Numbered from the stretch's first letter, positions 54,550 to 64,000 are shown. The stretch is DNA of 64,000 bases from an uncultured Alphaproteobacteria bacterium (GCA_944390125.1 CALXOX010000001.1:206990-270989); one strand, 5' to 3'. The notes: generated by a model not told the origin, from the sequence alone. Numbers and translations are program-made.

Positions 54550-55380
54550 TTATTTAGTTACGTAACAATCCAAACCGTCCGCTTTTGCATTACGGCAGAA
54601 ATTATTTGCTTCAGCCGATGTATTAAAGCCAACGCGCAATCTGTAAGTTGTTGTACCATTTGGCAAAACAGCCGCCAAAATTACGAACTGATGACCAGCA
54701 AATAAGTTCTTATGAGAGTTTTGCAATTTGCGTTGTCCAGCCTCCGCTAACGCGCGTGTACTATAAGAACCTATCTGAGCATACCAAGCATATGCCTTCG
54801 GGGTAGTCTGAGCACGCTTTTGCGTCTGCTGAGCAGCCGTTGTTGTACGGCGTGCAGTTTTTTGTGCAGCAGGTTTAGAACTTGGCTTCACCTGTGCTGG
54901 CTGCGGAGCCGCTTTTTCAGGGTTAAATGTAACTTCTTTTCTATCTTCAATTACACGAACTGGAACACCAGGTGTGGCAGTTTCAGCAACTGGTTGCGGT
55001 GCAGGCTTTTGTACCTGTACAGGTTTTGCTGCAGGCTGCACAACTGCTGGCTGCGGAGCCGGTTGAACTTCAACAGGAGCCGGCGCAACATTTACAGGTT
55101 GCGGTGTTTCTGGCCCAACAACTAGCGGCGCATTAGGATCCGCACCTTCAACTATAACTGCTGGCGCATCCAAATCTACTTCCATTGTAGAGGCAGAATC
55201 CCCACCAACAATACGAATTATAACGTACGTTGCCAAAATGATAACCAACAAACCAACCGCCATCAACAGCCATGGTTTTTTTGGTCTTGGTGCAGATAGT
55301 GGCGCAGCCTCAGGCAATGTGTCCATAGAATCTGCATCATCATTTAAATCTAATAAATCCAAATTATCATCATTGTTCAT
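54550..55380 (-). CDS. SPOR-domain septal peptidoglycan-binding protein
   Basis: Track ORF of 276 aa. Acidic N-terminus, one TM helix, a Pro/Ala/Gln-rich linker, and a C-terminal SPOR domain (YAQIGSYSTRALAE...YRLRVGFNTSAEANNFC). Confidence 0.85.
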   Translation of the reverse strand: MNNDDNLDLLDLNDDADSMDTLPEAAPLSAPRPKKPWLLMAVGLLVIILATYVIIRIVGGDSASTMEVDLDAPAVIVEGADPNAPLVVGPETPQPVNVAPAPVEVQPAPQPAVVQPAAKPVQVQKPAPQPVAETATPGVPVRVIEDRKEVTFNPEKAAPQPAQVKPSSKPAAQKTARRTTTAAQQTQKRAQTTPKAYAWYAQIGSYSTRALAEAGQRKLQNSHKNLFAGHQFVILAAVLPNGTTTYRLRVGFNTSAEANNFCRNAKADGLDCYVTK

Positions 55381-55454
55381 CAGGATTCTCCCATAGTTCT
55401 TTACGGTTCATTATATCACAAAAAACCGCATTTTCCAAAGATTATATAAACAAA

Positions 55455-55598
55455 TTACTTTGGCATTTGCCCAAAATTAGGCGGCACAATCAACTTATGA
55501 TTTTCTTCTACAATTGGTTCTGTCTCACACTTAGAAATACATGCAGATAGCGCTAATGGCAGCGCAATAATTGCTAATAATAAAATTGCTTTTTTCAT
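55455..55598 (-). CDS. Small lipoprotein (47 aa)
   Basis: Below the track cutoff. MKKAILLLAIIALPLALSACISKCETEPIVEENHKLIVPPNFGQMPK. Lipobox LSAC. AAAGGA RBS upstream. Confidence 0.5.
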   Translation of the reverse strand: MKKAILLLAIIALPLALSACISKCETEPIVEENHKLIVPPNFGQMPK

Positions 55599-55667
55599 AT
55601 TTAATCCTTTCCAAACTGTACCTATATTATAATGGCGCGTTTAAAACGCGCCATATTTTTTTAGTTA

Positions 55668-57401
55668 TTATGCTGGCATTTTTACCGCGTCTTTCATCTG
55701 AGATATAAAGTCATCAAGTTTTACAACTTCCTGCTTTTCTACTCCCAAACGACGCAACGTCACAGTTTTATCGGCCATTTCTTTTTCACCGACAACTGCA
55801 ATGATTGGTGTTTTTGCCAATGACAATTCACGGATTTTATAATTTACTTTCTCATCACGCAAATCCGCACGCGCATAAACACCATTCTCACGCAACTTTT
55901 CAACTATCTCTTCCGCATAGTCACGGAACTTTTCTGAAATTGGCGCAACAACGACCGGTTCTGGCGACAACCACAACGGTAGATTACCGCCCGTAGATTC
56001 CAACAATATCCCCATAAAGCGTTCTACGGACCCCAGCATTGCACGGTGCAACATAATAGGACGATGTTTTTCACCGTCTTCACCGATATAGGATAAGTCA
56101 AACCTTTCAGGTAAATTCATATCCAATTGCACGGTACCACACTGCCATACGCGTCCCAACGCATCTTTCAGATAGTTATCAATCTTTGGGCCATAGAAAG
56201 CTGCATCTCCTTCTGCAATTTCGTATTCAATACCATTCGCATCCAGCGCATGTTTCAAAGCCCCTTCTGCTTTATCCCAAATTTCATCGGACCCGATGCG
56301 GAATTCAGATTCTTTACGCGTTGCCAACTTCATGGAAATTTTATCAAAACCAAACTTTCCATAAATATCTTTAATAAAGCGTAAAATCTTCACAACTTCT
56401 TCTTCCAGTTGTTCTTCCGTGCAGAAAATATGAGCATCATCCTGAGTAAACTCACGAACACGCAACAAACCAGACAAAGCACCTGCAGCCTCATAACGAT
56501 TTACCTTACCGAATTCAGCCAAATACATTGGTAGGTCTTTATAAGACTTGATGCCCTGCCCGAACACCAACATTCCACCCGGACAAGACATAGGCTTTAC
56601 GCAGAAGGTTTTACCGTCTTGAGTCTTACCAGAATAATTATGTTCACCATATTTAGCCCAGTGACCAGAACGTTCCCACAAGCATCTGTCCATAACCGAT
56701 GGAGTAGAAATTTCCTGATATCCGGCTTTCTCTTGGCGATGACGGATATATTCAATCAGTTTACGATAAATTTTATACCCTTTGTCATGCCAGAACACTG
56801 CACCTGGAGCATATTCAGGTTCAAAATGGAACAAGTCCATATCTTTACCTAATTTACGGTTATCACGTGCTGCAGCCTCTTCTTGCATTTTTAAGAATTC
56901 ATCTAATTCTTCCTTAGACGCAAATGCATCTACATAAATACGCTGCAACATTTTGTTTTTCGCATCACCCTTCCAATATGCACCTGCAACATTACGAATC
57001 TTGAACGAATCACGAGGCAAATCTTTTGAAGATTCAACGTGAGGTCCACGACATAAATCAATAAAATCACGGAAAGTATAAACAGACAACTGTTCACCAG
57101 CAGCATCATATTCGTTCAACCATTCCATTTTATATGGCTGATTTGCGAAAATTTGTTTTGCTTCATCCAAAGATACATTGCGCTGTTCAAAACGTCCGTT
57201 TGATTTAATCAGCGAACGCATTTCTTGTTCTATTTTTTCAAAATCGTCTTCTGAAAATCTGTGTTCTGTATCAAAGTCATAATAAAAACCATTTTCAATT
57301 GCAGGGCCACCCGCAAATTTGACATCAGGATACAGTTTTTGAACCGCTGCCGCCATAACATGCGCCAGAGAATGACGAATCGTTTCAATAGGATATGACA
57401 T
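55668..57401 (-). CDS. thrS: Threonine--tRNA ligase (no N-terminal TGS domain)
   Basis: Track ORF of 577 aa. It starts at the editing/SAD region (HSLAHVMAAAV), followed by the class II core and an anticodon-binding domain. Confidence 0.95.
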   Translation of the reverse strand: MSYPIETIRHSLAHVMAAAVQKLYPDVKFAGGPAIENGFYYDFDTEHRFSEDDFEKIEQEMRSLIKSNGRFEQRNVSLDEAKQIFANQPYKMEWLNEYDAAGEQLSVYTFRDFIDLCRGPHVESSKDLPRDSFKIRNVAGAYWKGDAKNKMLQRIYVDAFASKEELDEFLKMQEEAAARDNRKLGKDMDLFHFEPEYAPGAVFWHDKGYKIYRKLIEYIRHRQEKAGYQEISTPSVMDRCLWERSGHWAKYGEHNYSGKTQDGKTFCVKPMSCPGGMLVFGQGIKSYKDLPMYLAEFGKVNRYEAAGALSGLLRVREFTQDDAHIFCTEEQLEEEVVKILRFIKDIYGKFGFDKISMKLATRKESEFRIGSDEIWDKAEGALKHALDANGIEYEIAEGDAAFYGPKIDNYLKDALGRVWQCGTVQLDMNLPERFDLSYIGEDGEKHRPIMLHRAMLGSVERFMGILLESTGGNLPLWLSPEPVVVAPISEKFRDYAEEIVEKLRENGVYARADLRDEKVNYKIRELSLAKTPIIAVVGEKEMADKTVTLRRLGVEKQEVVKLDDFISQMKDAVKMPA

Positions 57402-57547
57402 AATAAAAACCCTTATATTTATAAAGTATTATTGAACTGTTATTGATTATTGCACTGTGCGGAAAAAACCGCAAATAGAATCTACACCCCCGCAGGGGTT
57501 GTTGTAGTTGTGATGAAGAAAACAACATAACTTTTCATAACAGGCAA

Positions 57548-57576
57548 ATTTTAGTACTTAAAATCAATAATGTCAA
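57548..57576 (-). promoter_or_regulatory. Putative thrS promoter
   Basis: Minus strand: -35 TTGACA (57571-57576), 17-nt spacer, -10 TAAAAT (57548-57553). This implies a ~140-nt leader. Confidence 0.5.
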
Positions 57577-57583
57577 ACCCGTT

Positions 57584-58339
57584 TTACATATCAATTATAC
57601 AACCAAACAACACCGCAAAGAAGAAACAAACGCTTCCCCCGATAACGAACAAATGCCAAATTGCGTGTGAATATTTCATTCTGCGCCATAGATAGAAGAT
57701 AACACCCAAAGAATAAGACAAACCACCTGCTAATATAAACCATAAGCCACGAACAGGTATATTGTATAACATTGCTGGCAATATAAACAACAGCGTCCAA
57801 CCCATAACCAAATACAAAGCTACCATCCATTTAGGTTGCTGTTTTGGGTTCCGCATTTTCATAATTGAACCAAATATAACCACAGCCCATAAAATACCAA
57901 ACACAGTCCAGCCAAGTGCGCCACGCAAATTGACCAATAAGAATGGCGTATACGTACCAGCAATCAAAGCATAAATGGCGACACTATCCCACACTTCAAA
58001 AAAGCACTCGCCCTTTTTGCCGATTGTCGCATGACACATTGTTGAGCCAAAATATAAGGTAAACATTGTTAAACCAAATATAGCGCAAGAAACGATAGCC
58101 CATGGATCACCCTTTAAAGACGCAAAGACTACCAACAAAGTCAATCCCGCAATCGCCAAGCCTATTCCAATACCATGTGTCAGAATATTTAAAACCTCTT
58201 CCGATTTGGTACTTGGTCTTTCCCAACGGAACAAACCAGTTGCACGAAGTATGCGCAACAAACGACTACCGCGCGAATCGGATTTGACTGCTTTTAATTT
58301 TGCACGAACAACTTTCTTTGATTTAACCATTGATAACAT
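57584..58339 (-). CDS. Hemolysin III / PAQR-family membrane protein
   Basis: Track ORF of 251 aa with seven TM helices. It has the N..THG.G N-terminal motif and the HAIWHLFV C-terminal motif. Confidence 0.85.
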   Translation of the reverse strand: MLSMVKSKKVVRAKLKAVKSDSRGSRLLRILRATGLFRWERPSTKSEEVLNILTHGIGIGLAIAGLTLLVVFASLKGDPWAIVSCAIFGLTMFTLYFGSTMCHATIGKKGECFFEVWDSVAIYALIAGTYTPFLLVNLRGALGWTVFGILWAVVIFGSIMKMRNPKQQPKWMVALYLVMGWTLLFILPAMLYNIPVRGLWFILAGGLSYSLGVIFYLWRRMKYSHAIWHLFVIGGSVCFFFAVLFGCIIDM

Positions 58340-59903
58340 CCTTTATACGGCTGATGACTCTGTCTGCCCCCATAACCTGCATGATAGAATACAAATCTGG
58401 TGTATTAGTACGCCCTGTCAAAGCCACACGCAAGTTCATTGCTACATCCCCGTTTTTAACGCCTTTATCCGCAGCAATTGCAACAATCTTTGCCCACCAA
58501 GCATCTTTATCATCACAAATATCAAAACTTGATAGAAAAGCACTCAACAAATCTTTGTTAAAATCATACTCGGTATTTGGAACAAACAAATCATCCCAGA
58601 AATAAGACACTTCCTGTAAAGTTTGCTTCCAGGTTATAAAGTCCTTACGAATACGTTTTGGATTATCACGTTCAATCGCCAAAATATTTTTTAGGTATTC
58701 AGGATTAGCGCCGATTCGTGCAGCCCACTGTAAATCATACTCATCGGCCCAATCACGAACACGCTTTACTAATTCATCAACAGGCAAACTAGCAATATAT
58801 TCTTTCGCCCACCATTCTAATTTCTTCATATCAAACAAAGCACCAGACATAGGTATTTTCTTTGGGCGCATTTCGTAATCCCAAATAGACTTGACCTGCC
58901 CTTTTGCTTTCGCTTCTTCATAACCAGATGCCGCAATATTTCCAAGATATTCTAACACAGCCTCAACTGGCCAACCATCCTGCAAAAAGAACGCAACATT
59001 TGCCTCTGGATCATGACGTTTTGATAACTTACGCTGTTTACCCGTTTCTTCGTCAATTTTATCGATTGTCGATGTATGTATATATAGAGGTGGCGTCCAA
59101 CCCATCATTCTAAACAATTGAATATGCAATGGGAAAGATGGCAACCATTCTTCACCACGAACAACATGAGTTGTATGCATAAAATGGTCATCACACAAAT
59201 GTGCAAAATGATATGTCGGCAATCCATCATTAGATTTAATCAAAACAATATCTTCATTGTTTTCTGGGAATCCAATAGAGCCACGAACAGCATCTTTACA
59301 GAAAATTCTATTATCTGGATTTCCCATAGAATACAAACGAATCGAAGGTACTTCGCCTGCATCTAAACGACGAACTATTTCTTCATCAGAAATATCTCTA
59401 TCACGTGCAAATTCACCATAAATCCCAGTTGCAAAGCCGGCAGCTTTCTGATTCTCACGAATTTTTTCCATATCTTCTGCTGTCAAAAAGCATGGATACG
59501 CCAAACCGCGTGCCAATAGATCTGCAGCAACACTATGATAAATATCTTTACGTTGAGATTGATAATATGGGCCATATTCTGGCATATCATTATATTCTAA
59601 TCCGAATCGATGCATAGAATCTTCTATGATTTTGACAGCGTCTTTTACTTCACGCTTTGTATCAGTGTCTTCTATACGCAGCATAAAAACGCCACCAGAC
59701 TGACGCGCCAACTTACAATCAACAAATGCTTGGTACAAACCACCAATATGCATATATCCCGTCGGACTTGGTGCAAAACGTGTCACAAACGCACCCTCTG
59801 GTAAATTACGCGCAGGATACTTCTCTTCTAACTCAGCCAAAGTATATTTTGGCGCACTTTCCAACACACGTTCAATCAAATCTGCAGATAAACCTTTACG
59901 CAT
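58323..59903 (-). CDS. gltX: Glutamate--tRNA ligase
   Basis: Track ORF of 526 aa. Class I motifs HIGG (PSPTGYMHIGG) and KLSKR. The presence of gatCAB suggests a non-discriminating enzyme. Confidence 0.88.
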   Translation of the reverse strand: MRKGLSADLIERVLESAPKYTLAELEEKYPARNLPEGAFVTRFAPSPTGYMHIGGLYQAFVDCKLARQSGGVFMLRIEDTDTKREVKDAVKIIEDSMHRFGLEYNDMPEYGPYYQSQRKDIYHSVAADLLARGLAYPCFLTAEDMEKIRENQKAAGFATGIYGEFARDRDISDEEIVRRLDAGEVPSIRLYSMGNPDNRIFCKDAVRGSIGFPENNEDIVLIKSNDGLPTYHFAHLCDDHFMHTTHVVRGEEWLPSFPLHIQLFRMMGWTPPLYIHTSTIDKIDEETGKQRKLSKRHDPEANVAFFLQDGWPVEAVLEYLGNIAASGYEEAKAKGQVKSIWDYEMRPKKIPMSGALFDMKKLEWWAKEYIASLPVDELVKRVRDWADEYDLQWAARIGANPEYLKNILAIERDNPKRIRKDFITWKQTLQEVSYFWDDLFVPNTEYDFNKDLLSAFLSSFDICDDKDAWWAKIVAIAADKGVKNGDVAMNLRVALTGRTNTPDLYSIMQVMGADRVISRIKDVING

Positions 59904-60453
59904 TTTTATTTTCCTTTTCCCAATCTGACTTTAACTTAGAATACGTGAAAACGTCTTTTAATTCACCCTGAAACATATAACTTTGACGGCGAACACCCTC
60001 ACACACATACCCTGCCCGTTTGGCCACACCTTCGGATTTTAAGTTATCAATTTCCATTATTATTTCTATTCTGTTCACATCCATTTTTTCAAATGCAAAC
60101 TTTTCTAACTGTCGTACACAGCGTGTCATAATACCACGACCTGTATATTTTCCAGATAACCAATATGCAATTTCAGCAATTTTATTTCTATTAGAACTTA
60201 TATCTATTCCAACATTTCCAACTATTTCGCCGTCACATATTATATAATAAGATCCATTATCCGTTTTAGAAACCTTATACATATGCATAAACATGTCTTC
60301 TGGACATTTAGACCCATCTATCCAAGACAAAAAGCGACGCAAAGAATCACGTTCGGCATCTACAATTTCAAAAATTTTGCGTGCATTTTCAAATGTCGGC
60401 GCAATTTTTTCCAAGGTTATCTCGTCAAATTTAATAACTTTAGGATATTCCAT
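59896..60453 (-). CDS. GNAT-family N-acetyltransferase (RimJ/RimL-like)
   Basis: Track ORF of 185 aa. Acetyl-CoA motif YTGRGIMTRCVRQLEKFAF. Confidence 0.8.
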   Translation of the reverse strand: MEYPKVIKFDEITLEKIAPTFENARKIFEIVDAERDSLRRFLSWIDGSKCPEDMFMHMYKVSKTDNGSYYIICDGEIVGNVGIDISSNRNKIAEIAYWLSGKYTGRGIMTRCVRQLEKFAFEKMDVNRIEIIMEIDNLKSEGVAKRAGYVCEGVRRQSYMFQGELKDVFTYSKLKSDWEKENKNA

Positions 60454-60499
60454 TATAATTTACCTTGTGTTCGTATACGCTGAATTTTATACTAAATAT

Positions 60500-61141
60500 A
60501 TGGAAAAACAAGAGATAAGAACATTTGGACGCCGTCACGGCAAGAAACTATCAGCACGCCAAAATCTGCTGATAAAAAGTGTATTACCAACAATAAAACC
60601 AACAAAAATACCGGCAAACACCGGTTTAATACTAGAAATTGGTTTTGGTGCGGGCGAGCATTTACGTGAAATTAGCCGGCAAAACCCGGAAAAAATTGTG
60701 ATAGGTGCAGAGCCTTTCATGAATGGTGTTGCCTCGCTGTTATCAGCAATTACGGACGAGCAAAATTCGATTCGTTCTGAATACAAAAACATTCGTGTAT
60801 TTGCGGATGATGTACGTGATTTTCTACGAAATACCGATTCGAAATTCGAACAAATTTGGGTTTTACACCCAGATCCATGGCCCAAGGCACGTCATGAAAA
60901 GCGCCGACTTTTAAGTGCAGACTTTTTAGAATTATTGTCGAACCATTTAACTAATGATGGTGAAATAATAATAGGCACTGATCATTGGGAATACTTTGAA
61001 TGGATTGAAAAACAGGCAAAAAGTACAAAACTTGTAAAGAATATCCCTGGCTTACAAACTATACATACTCGCTACCAAGAAAAAAACAAGGCTGGGACAG
61101 AGGCACCAAAATATATGATATTAAAATTACCTAAGCATTGA
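60500..61141 (+). CDS. trmB: tRNA (guanine46-N7)-methyltransferase
   Basis: Track ORF 60293..61141. I prefer M70 (MEKQEIRTFGRRHGKKLS). Contains LEIGFGAGEHL and HPDPWPKARHEKRRL. Confidence 0.9.
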   Translation: MEKQEIRTFGRRHGKKLSARQNLLIKSVLPTIKPTKIPANTGLILEIGFGAGEHLREISRQNPEKIVIGAEPFMNGVASLLSAITDEQNSIRSEYKNIRVFADDVRDFLRNTDSKFEQIWVLHPDPWPKARHEKRRLLSADFLELLSNHLTNDGEIIIGTDHWEYFEWIEKQAKSTKLVKNIPGLQTIHTRYQEKNKAGTEAPKYMILKLPKH

Positions 61142-61793
61142 TAAAAAACTTCAACTTTGCTAACAAATTCGGTCTAACGGCTTCTACTAGTCTATATACC
61201 TGCTCTATTCTTGTTTTATTTGTGCCCAACATAAAATGCAAAGAAATATCATCAGCATCCAGTTCATTTAGTGCAGCATAAACCCGTCCAACGAAATCAG
61301 ATTTATCACCTTCATCTTTCGTCAAAGCCAAAATCAGGCCCGTTGCTCGCATTTTCTTTAATTCTGCAAATATACGCTTCCAGTCAAACGGTCCTATCTC
61401 ACTTATATCCATACCTATAAAAACAGACTTATTAAAAAATAAATCATCTCGTATCAAATACAATTGCGAAACAAAACCCTCTAAATCAGCAAACGACAAA
61501 AATACCTGAGCGCCATCTGCACCTTGTTTAAAAGAAGAATTTATTTTTTCTGTTATGTCAGATATACTCTCTGAATTTTTAGACTTCAAATAAAAACGAG
61601 AAAAAATATCAACGCCTTTATTTTCCAACCACGGCCACACAATCGACACAGATTCCGGAATTACAGACAAACTTTCTATATTTTTATCAATTGCAATGGA
61701 CACAGCCTGAGCCAAATCAGCCGAATCGAAGTCCGCCCCACACCACAGCGCCGCACCAGAAATACCATCAAGAAAGTTGTCCTTATCAATCAT
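61131..61793 (-). CDS. Hypothetical protein
   Basis: Track ORF of 220 aa with coding-like composition. No motif recognised. It overlaps the trmB 3' end by 11 nt (convergent). Confidence 0.55.
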   Translation of the reverse strand: MIDKDNFLDGISGAALWCGADFDSADLAQAVSIAIDKNIESLSVIPESVSIVWPWLENKGVDIFSRFYLKSKNSESISDITEKINSSFKQGADGAQVFLSFADLEGFVSQLYLIRDDLFFNKSVFIGMDISEIGPFDWKRIFAELKKMRATGLILALTKDEGDKSDFVGRVYAALNELDADDISLHFMLGTNKTRIEQVYRLVEAVRPNLLAKLKFFINA

Positions 61794-61836
61794 AGCTCTT
61801 TTTACTTTATCATAAATATGATATAATTAAAACCAA

Positions 61837-62781
61837 ATGAAAATTCGTCTTGATAATGTATTATTGTGCATACTTTGGTTGCTGGCAATAACGCTGGGAA
61901 CCTGCTTTTGGTTTAATATAGCCTTTGGATTTAATGTATTTTCTGCCGAACACTGGGAATATGTATCTGCATTGCAGGCAGCGCGCACACCTATAAAACC
62001 GGGTTTTTATGTTTCTATGGCGATATCTATTTTTCTAACTATTTTTGGGCTATATGTTGTCGTTCGCCCGCGTTTCAGAAATATAAAAATGCCAATTATA
62101 AAAATTGATAAAAAACCGATAACAATAATCAATCAAAATCAGACCGACAATACAAATCAAAAGTCTGATGCATCGACTATTGATGTTTTACCAGCAGAAC
62201 AACAACATACAATACCGCATGCTAATAATGCCCCACCTGCATCTGCCCGCCCGCCACGTTTAACATTACCAACACTGAACGGTAATTACTTTTCACCGGT
62301 TAAAGAACCTGTTTTATCGCAGGATAATCCTTTTGCTACAAATGTTTATACACAACAAAATCAAACGGCAGATTGGTCCGAAATACGAGATATATTTAAG
62401 AACGCCGGTTACACAGTAAAACCAAACACTAAAGTAAACGGCTTACAAACAGCTTTAATTGCCATTGGTACAAACGAGGTTATGTGGCTTGGTTGTGTAG
62501 GTGTAAAAACAACTGAGGTACGTAAAATAATAGAAAAATTCCAGCAAGTATTCATGGATACTTTGGACGAAACAGAAATTGAGATAAATGGTTTTGCAAT
62601 TGCCGCACCTGATGCCGCAACATCAGAATTTCAAGACATCTTGATGTTTAACTCAATTAGCGAGTTACGAACATACATGTCAGACAAACAGAATCCGCCA
62701 TTACCAGAAGATGATGACGGAATGTTCGAAGCATACTCGCAATACATAGATGCAGTAATAACACATATAGGTAAAATTTAA
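61837..62781 (+). CDS. Membrane protein with Pro/Gln/Asn-rich linker, unknown function
   Basis: Track ORF of 314 aa with two N-terminal TM helices. Its stop overlaps the next ATG (TAATG). Confidence 0.6.
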   Translation: MKIRLDNVLLCILWLLAITLGTCFWFNIAFGFNVFSAEHWEYVSALQAARTPIKPGFYVSMAISIFLTIFGLYVVVRPRFRNIKMPIIKIDKKPITIINQNQTDNTNQKSDASTIDVLPAEQQHTIPHANNAPPASARPPRLTLPTLNGNYFSPVKEPVLSQDNPFATNVYTQQNQTADWSEIRDIFKNAGYTVKPNTKVNGLQTALIAIGTNEVMWLGCVGVKTTEVRKIIEKFQQVFMDTLDETEIEINGFAIAAPDAATSEFQDILMFNSISELRTYMSDKQNPPLPEDDDGMFEAYSQYIDAVITHIGKI

Positions 62782-63287
62782 TGCAATTAAATAAAGAAAC
62801 TGCAGAAAGACGTTTATTGGATTTTGGCATGGGCGACTTACCCGTACAAGAAATTCGCCCTATACCTGTTAGAGTCGCACCAGATTGGTTTGCAAAGTAT
62901 AAAAAACTATGTCATGACTTCATCATATCACTTACAGATTCTGTTGAAGAACTGGCTTTTATGAATCTTACCCAGGATGAATTTATGTCTTTGATTAGTG
63001 GTGCCAAAATTCCACAAAACCTTTCTATAAGATTTCGCATTCCTTTGGTATGGGGCGGAAAACTTGAGATAGAAAATTTATTTATGTGTTGGACATTTCC
63101 TTATTCGCAACGTTTGGATCGGTTTATAATCGAACAAGCAGGTTCCGAAACTATATGGTTACCTAACCCAGTAAAAAAGATTTACGTTTCTGCACACAAT
63201 GCATCTGGCGGCGATGGCGGAAACGCTACAGAAGACAGACTAAGTCAAATGGCGGCACAAATTGCTGCATCACGAGGCATGGAGTAA
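62781..63287 (+). CDS. Hypothetical protein
   Basis: Track ORF of 168 aa, translationally coupled to both neighbours. No motif recognised. Confidence 0.55.
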   Translation: MQLNKETAERRLLDFGMGDLPVQEIRPIPVRVAPDWFAKYKKLCHDFIISLTDSVEELAFMNLTQDEFMSLISGAKIPQNLSIRFRIPLVWGGKLEIENLFMCWTFPYSQRLDRFIIEQAGSETIWLPNPVKKIYVSAHNASGGDGGNATEDRLSQMAAQIAASRGME

Positions 63288-63291
63288 TAAA

Positions 63292-63726
63292 ATGGGATGC
63301 AGCGATTTTTTATCTTCAATGAAATCATATGGCGCACTTTTTGCACCAGCGGCATCTGCACAATCAATTACGCTGACAAATACATCTTTACAACATATAC
63401 GTGCGGCAATGCTGCCACAATTTATGATAGATTTTTATTCTCATTGTGGCGGGATAAATTTAGGTAATGGATATATTTTTGGCCCTAATGAAATTTCTCG
63501 TGGGCAAAAATACCCTATTCCAAATATTCTACAAATAAATACAGACTTAAGTGGTCTTCCATACTTACGAGGCAAAACAGTTTTCGGAAGAAATGATTTA
63601 TTTTGGTTTGCCTTTGACGCATTTGGTTCATGCTTTATGTTGGATAATTTAAATTTAAACATTTTACGAAAATACGATGATCCATATCGAGCCATGACAG
63701 ATTGTTTAATTGCGGGGAAATTATAA
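63292..63726 (+). CDS. SMI1/KNR4 (SUKH)-like protein
   Basis: Track ORF 63262..63726. I prefer the ATG at 63292. The pattern LPQFMIDFYSHCGGINLGNGYIFGPNEI...FGRNDLFWFAFD resembles the SUKH-1 family. Confidence 0.5.
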   Translation: MGCSDFLSSMKSYGALFAPAASAQSITLTNTSLQHIRAAMLPQFMIDFYSHCGGINLGNGYIFGPNEISRGQKYPIPNILQINTDLSGLPYLRGKTVFGRNDLFWFAFDAFGSCFMLDNLNLNILRKYDDPYRAMTDCLIAGKL

Positions 63727-63727
63727 A

Positions 63728-63934
63728 ATGAAAAAGATATCAGTATCTTTATCTGGTCATCAAACCAGTATATCTTTAGAAGAAGAATTTTTTGCTGCGC
63801 TACAAGAAATTGCAAAGAAAGAAAATAAATCAATTGCATCAATCATAGAACATATTGATGACAATCGTGATCCAGATTCTAACTTATCTTCTGCAATACG
63901 AATTTGGGTTTTAAAGAAATACCAAAAAGCGTGA
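63728..63934 (+). CDS. Ribbon-helix-helix (RHH_4-type) protein
   Basis: Track ORF 63710..63934. I prefer the ATG at 63728. KKISVSLSGHQTSISLEEEFFAALQEIA...NLSSAIRIWVL matches the RHH_4 pattern (GHrTSvsLE..FW..L..iA....LSSAiR) as I recall it. Confidence 0.7.
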   Translation: MKKISVSLSGHQTSISLEEEFFAALQEIAKKENKSIASIIEHIDDNRDPDSNLSSAIRIWVLKKYQKA

Positions 63935-64000
63935 TTTTTAATCACGCTTTTCTAATAAAGCCAAGGAAATTGTGCATATACACGAAAATAATAATATAAT

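Noticed and set aside
1-64000. CRISPR arrays, rRNA operons, IS elements, integrases, prophage or conjugative modules
   Set aside because: No direct-repeat/spacer arrays were seen. No ORF has transposase, integrase, recombinase, capsid or terminase motifs. The only dispersed repeat I found is the pair of structured leaders, and it lacks terminal repeats or target-site duplications.

Overview
AT-rich (about 60% A+T by eye) chromosomal window from a Gram-negative bacterium. It has Tat, LolA, AsmA, OMP beta-barrels and a secretin. The gene content looks alphaproteobacterium-like, but I cannot assign taxonomy from sequence alone. I call about 70 CDS, mostly housekeeping: fba, efp, ppa, dnaN, cdaA, uvrC, pgsA, dnaJ, parE, dnaA, dprA, plsY, rpsT, sufB/C/S/E/T, gatCAB, miaB, tatABC, recJ, ftsI/L, trxA, dksA, thrS, gltX and trmB. 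There are two tRNAs, Phe-GAA and Lys-CTT. I found no rRNA, CRISPR array, transposase, integrase or phage genes. Between the core genes sit many secreted or lipoprotein genes of unknown function. Main second-look items: (1) Two paralogous ~210-nt structured 5' leaders, each with its own promoter, alternative helices and an intrinsic terminator. Each precedes a paralogous small Cys-rich secreted protein gene (6187-6457 and 29787-30074). I could not match them to any riboswitch class I know. (2) The Cys-rich secreted protein family itself (3 paralogs, with eukaryote-like CxxC/GYY repeats). One cassette splits sufB from sufC. (3) A GC-rich ~230-nt candidate ncRNA bounded by a promoter and a terminator (2662-2890). 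Its 5' end resembles the tmRNA acceptor/D-loop strand, but no acceptor piece is visible. (4) A glycine-zipper anchor module shared by three otherwise unrelated secreted proteins, one of them a trypsin-like protease. (5) Scattered orphan type IV pilus / T4SS parts: a PilN-like secretin lipoprotein plus a TcpQ/PilL-like protein, a lone pilin, and a VirB2-like pilin at the window edge. (6) A CdaA diadenylate cyclase. All functional calls rest on motifs read from the translations. No database search was possible.
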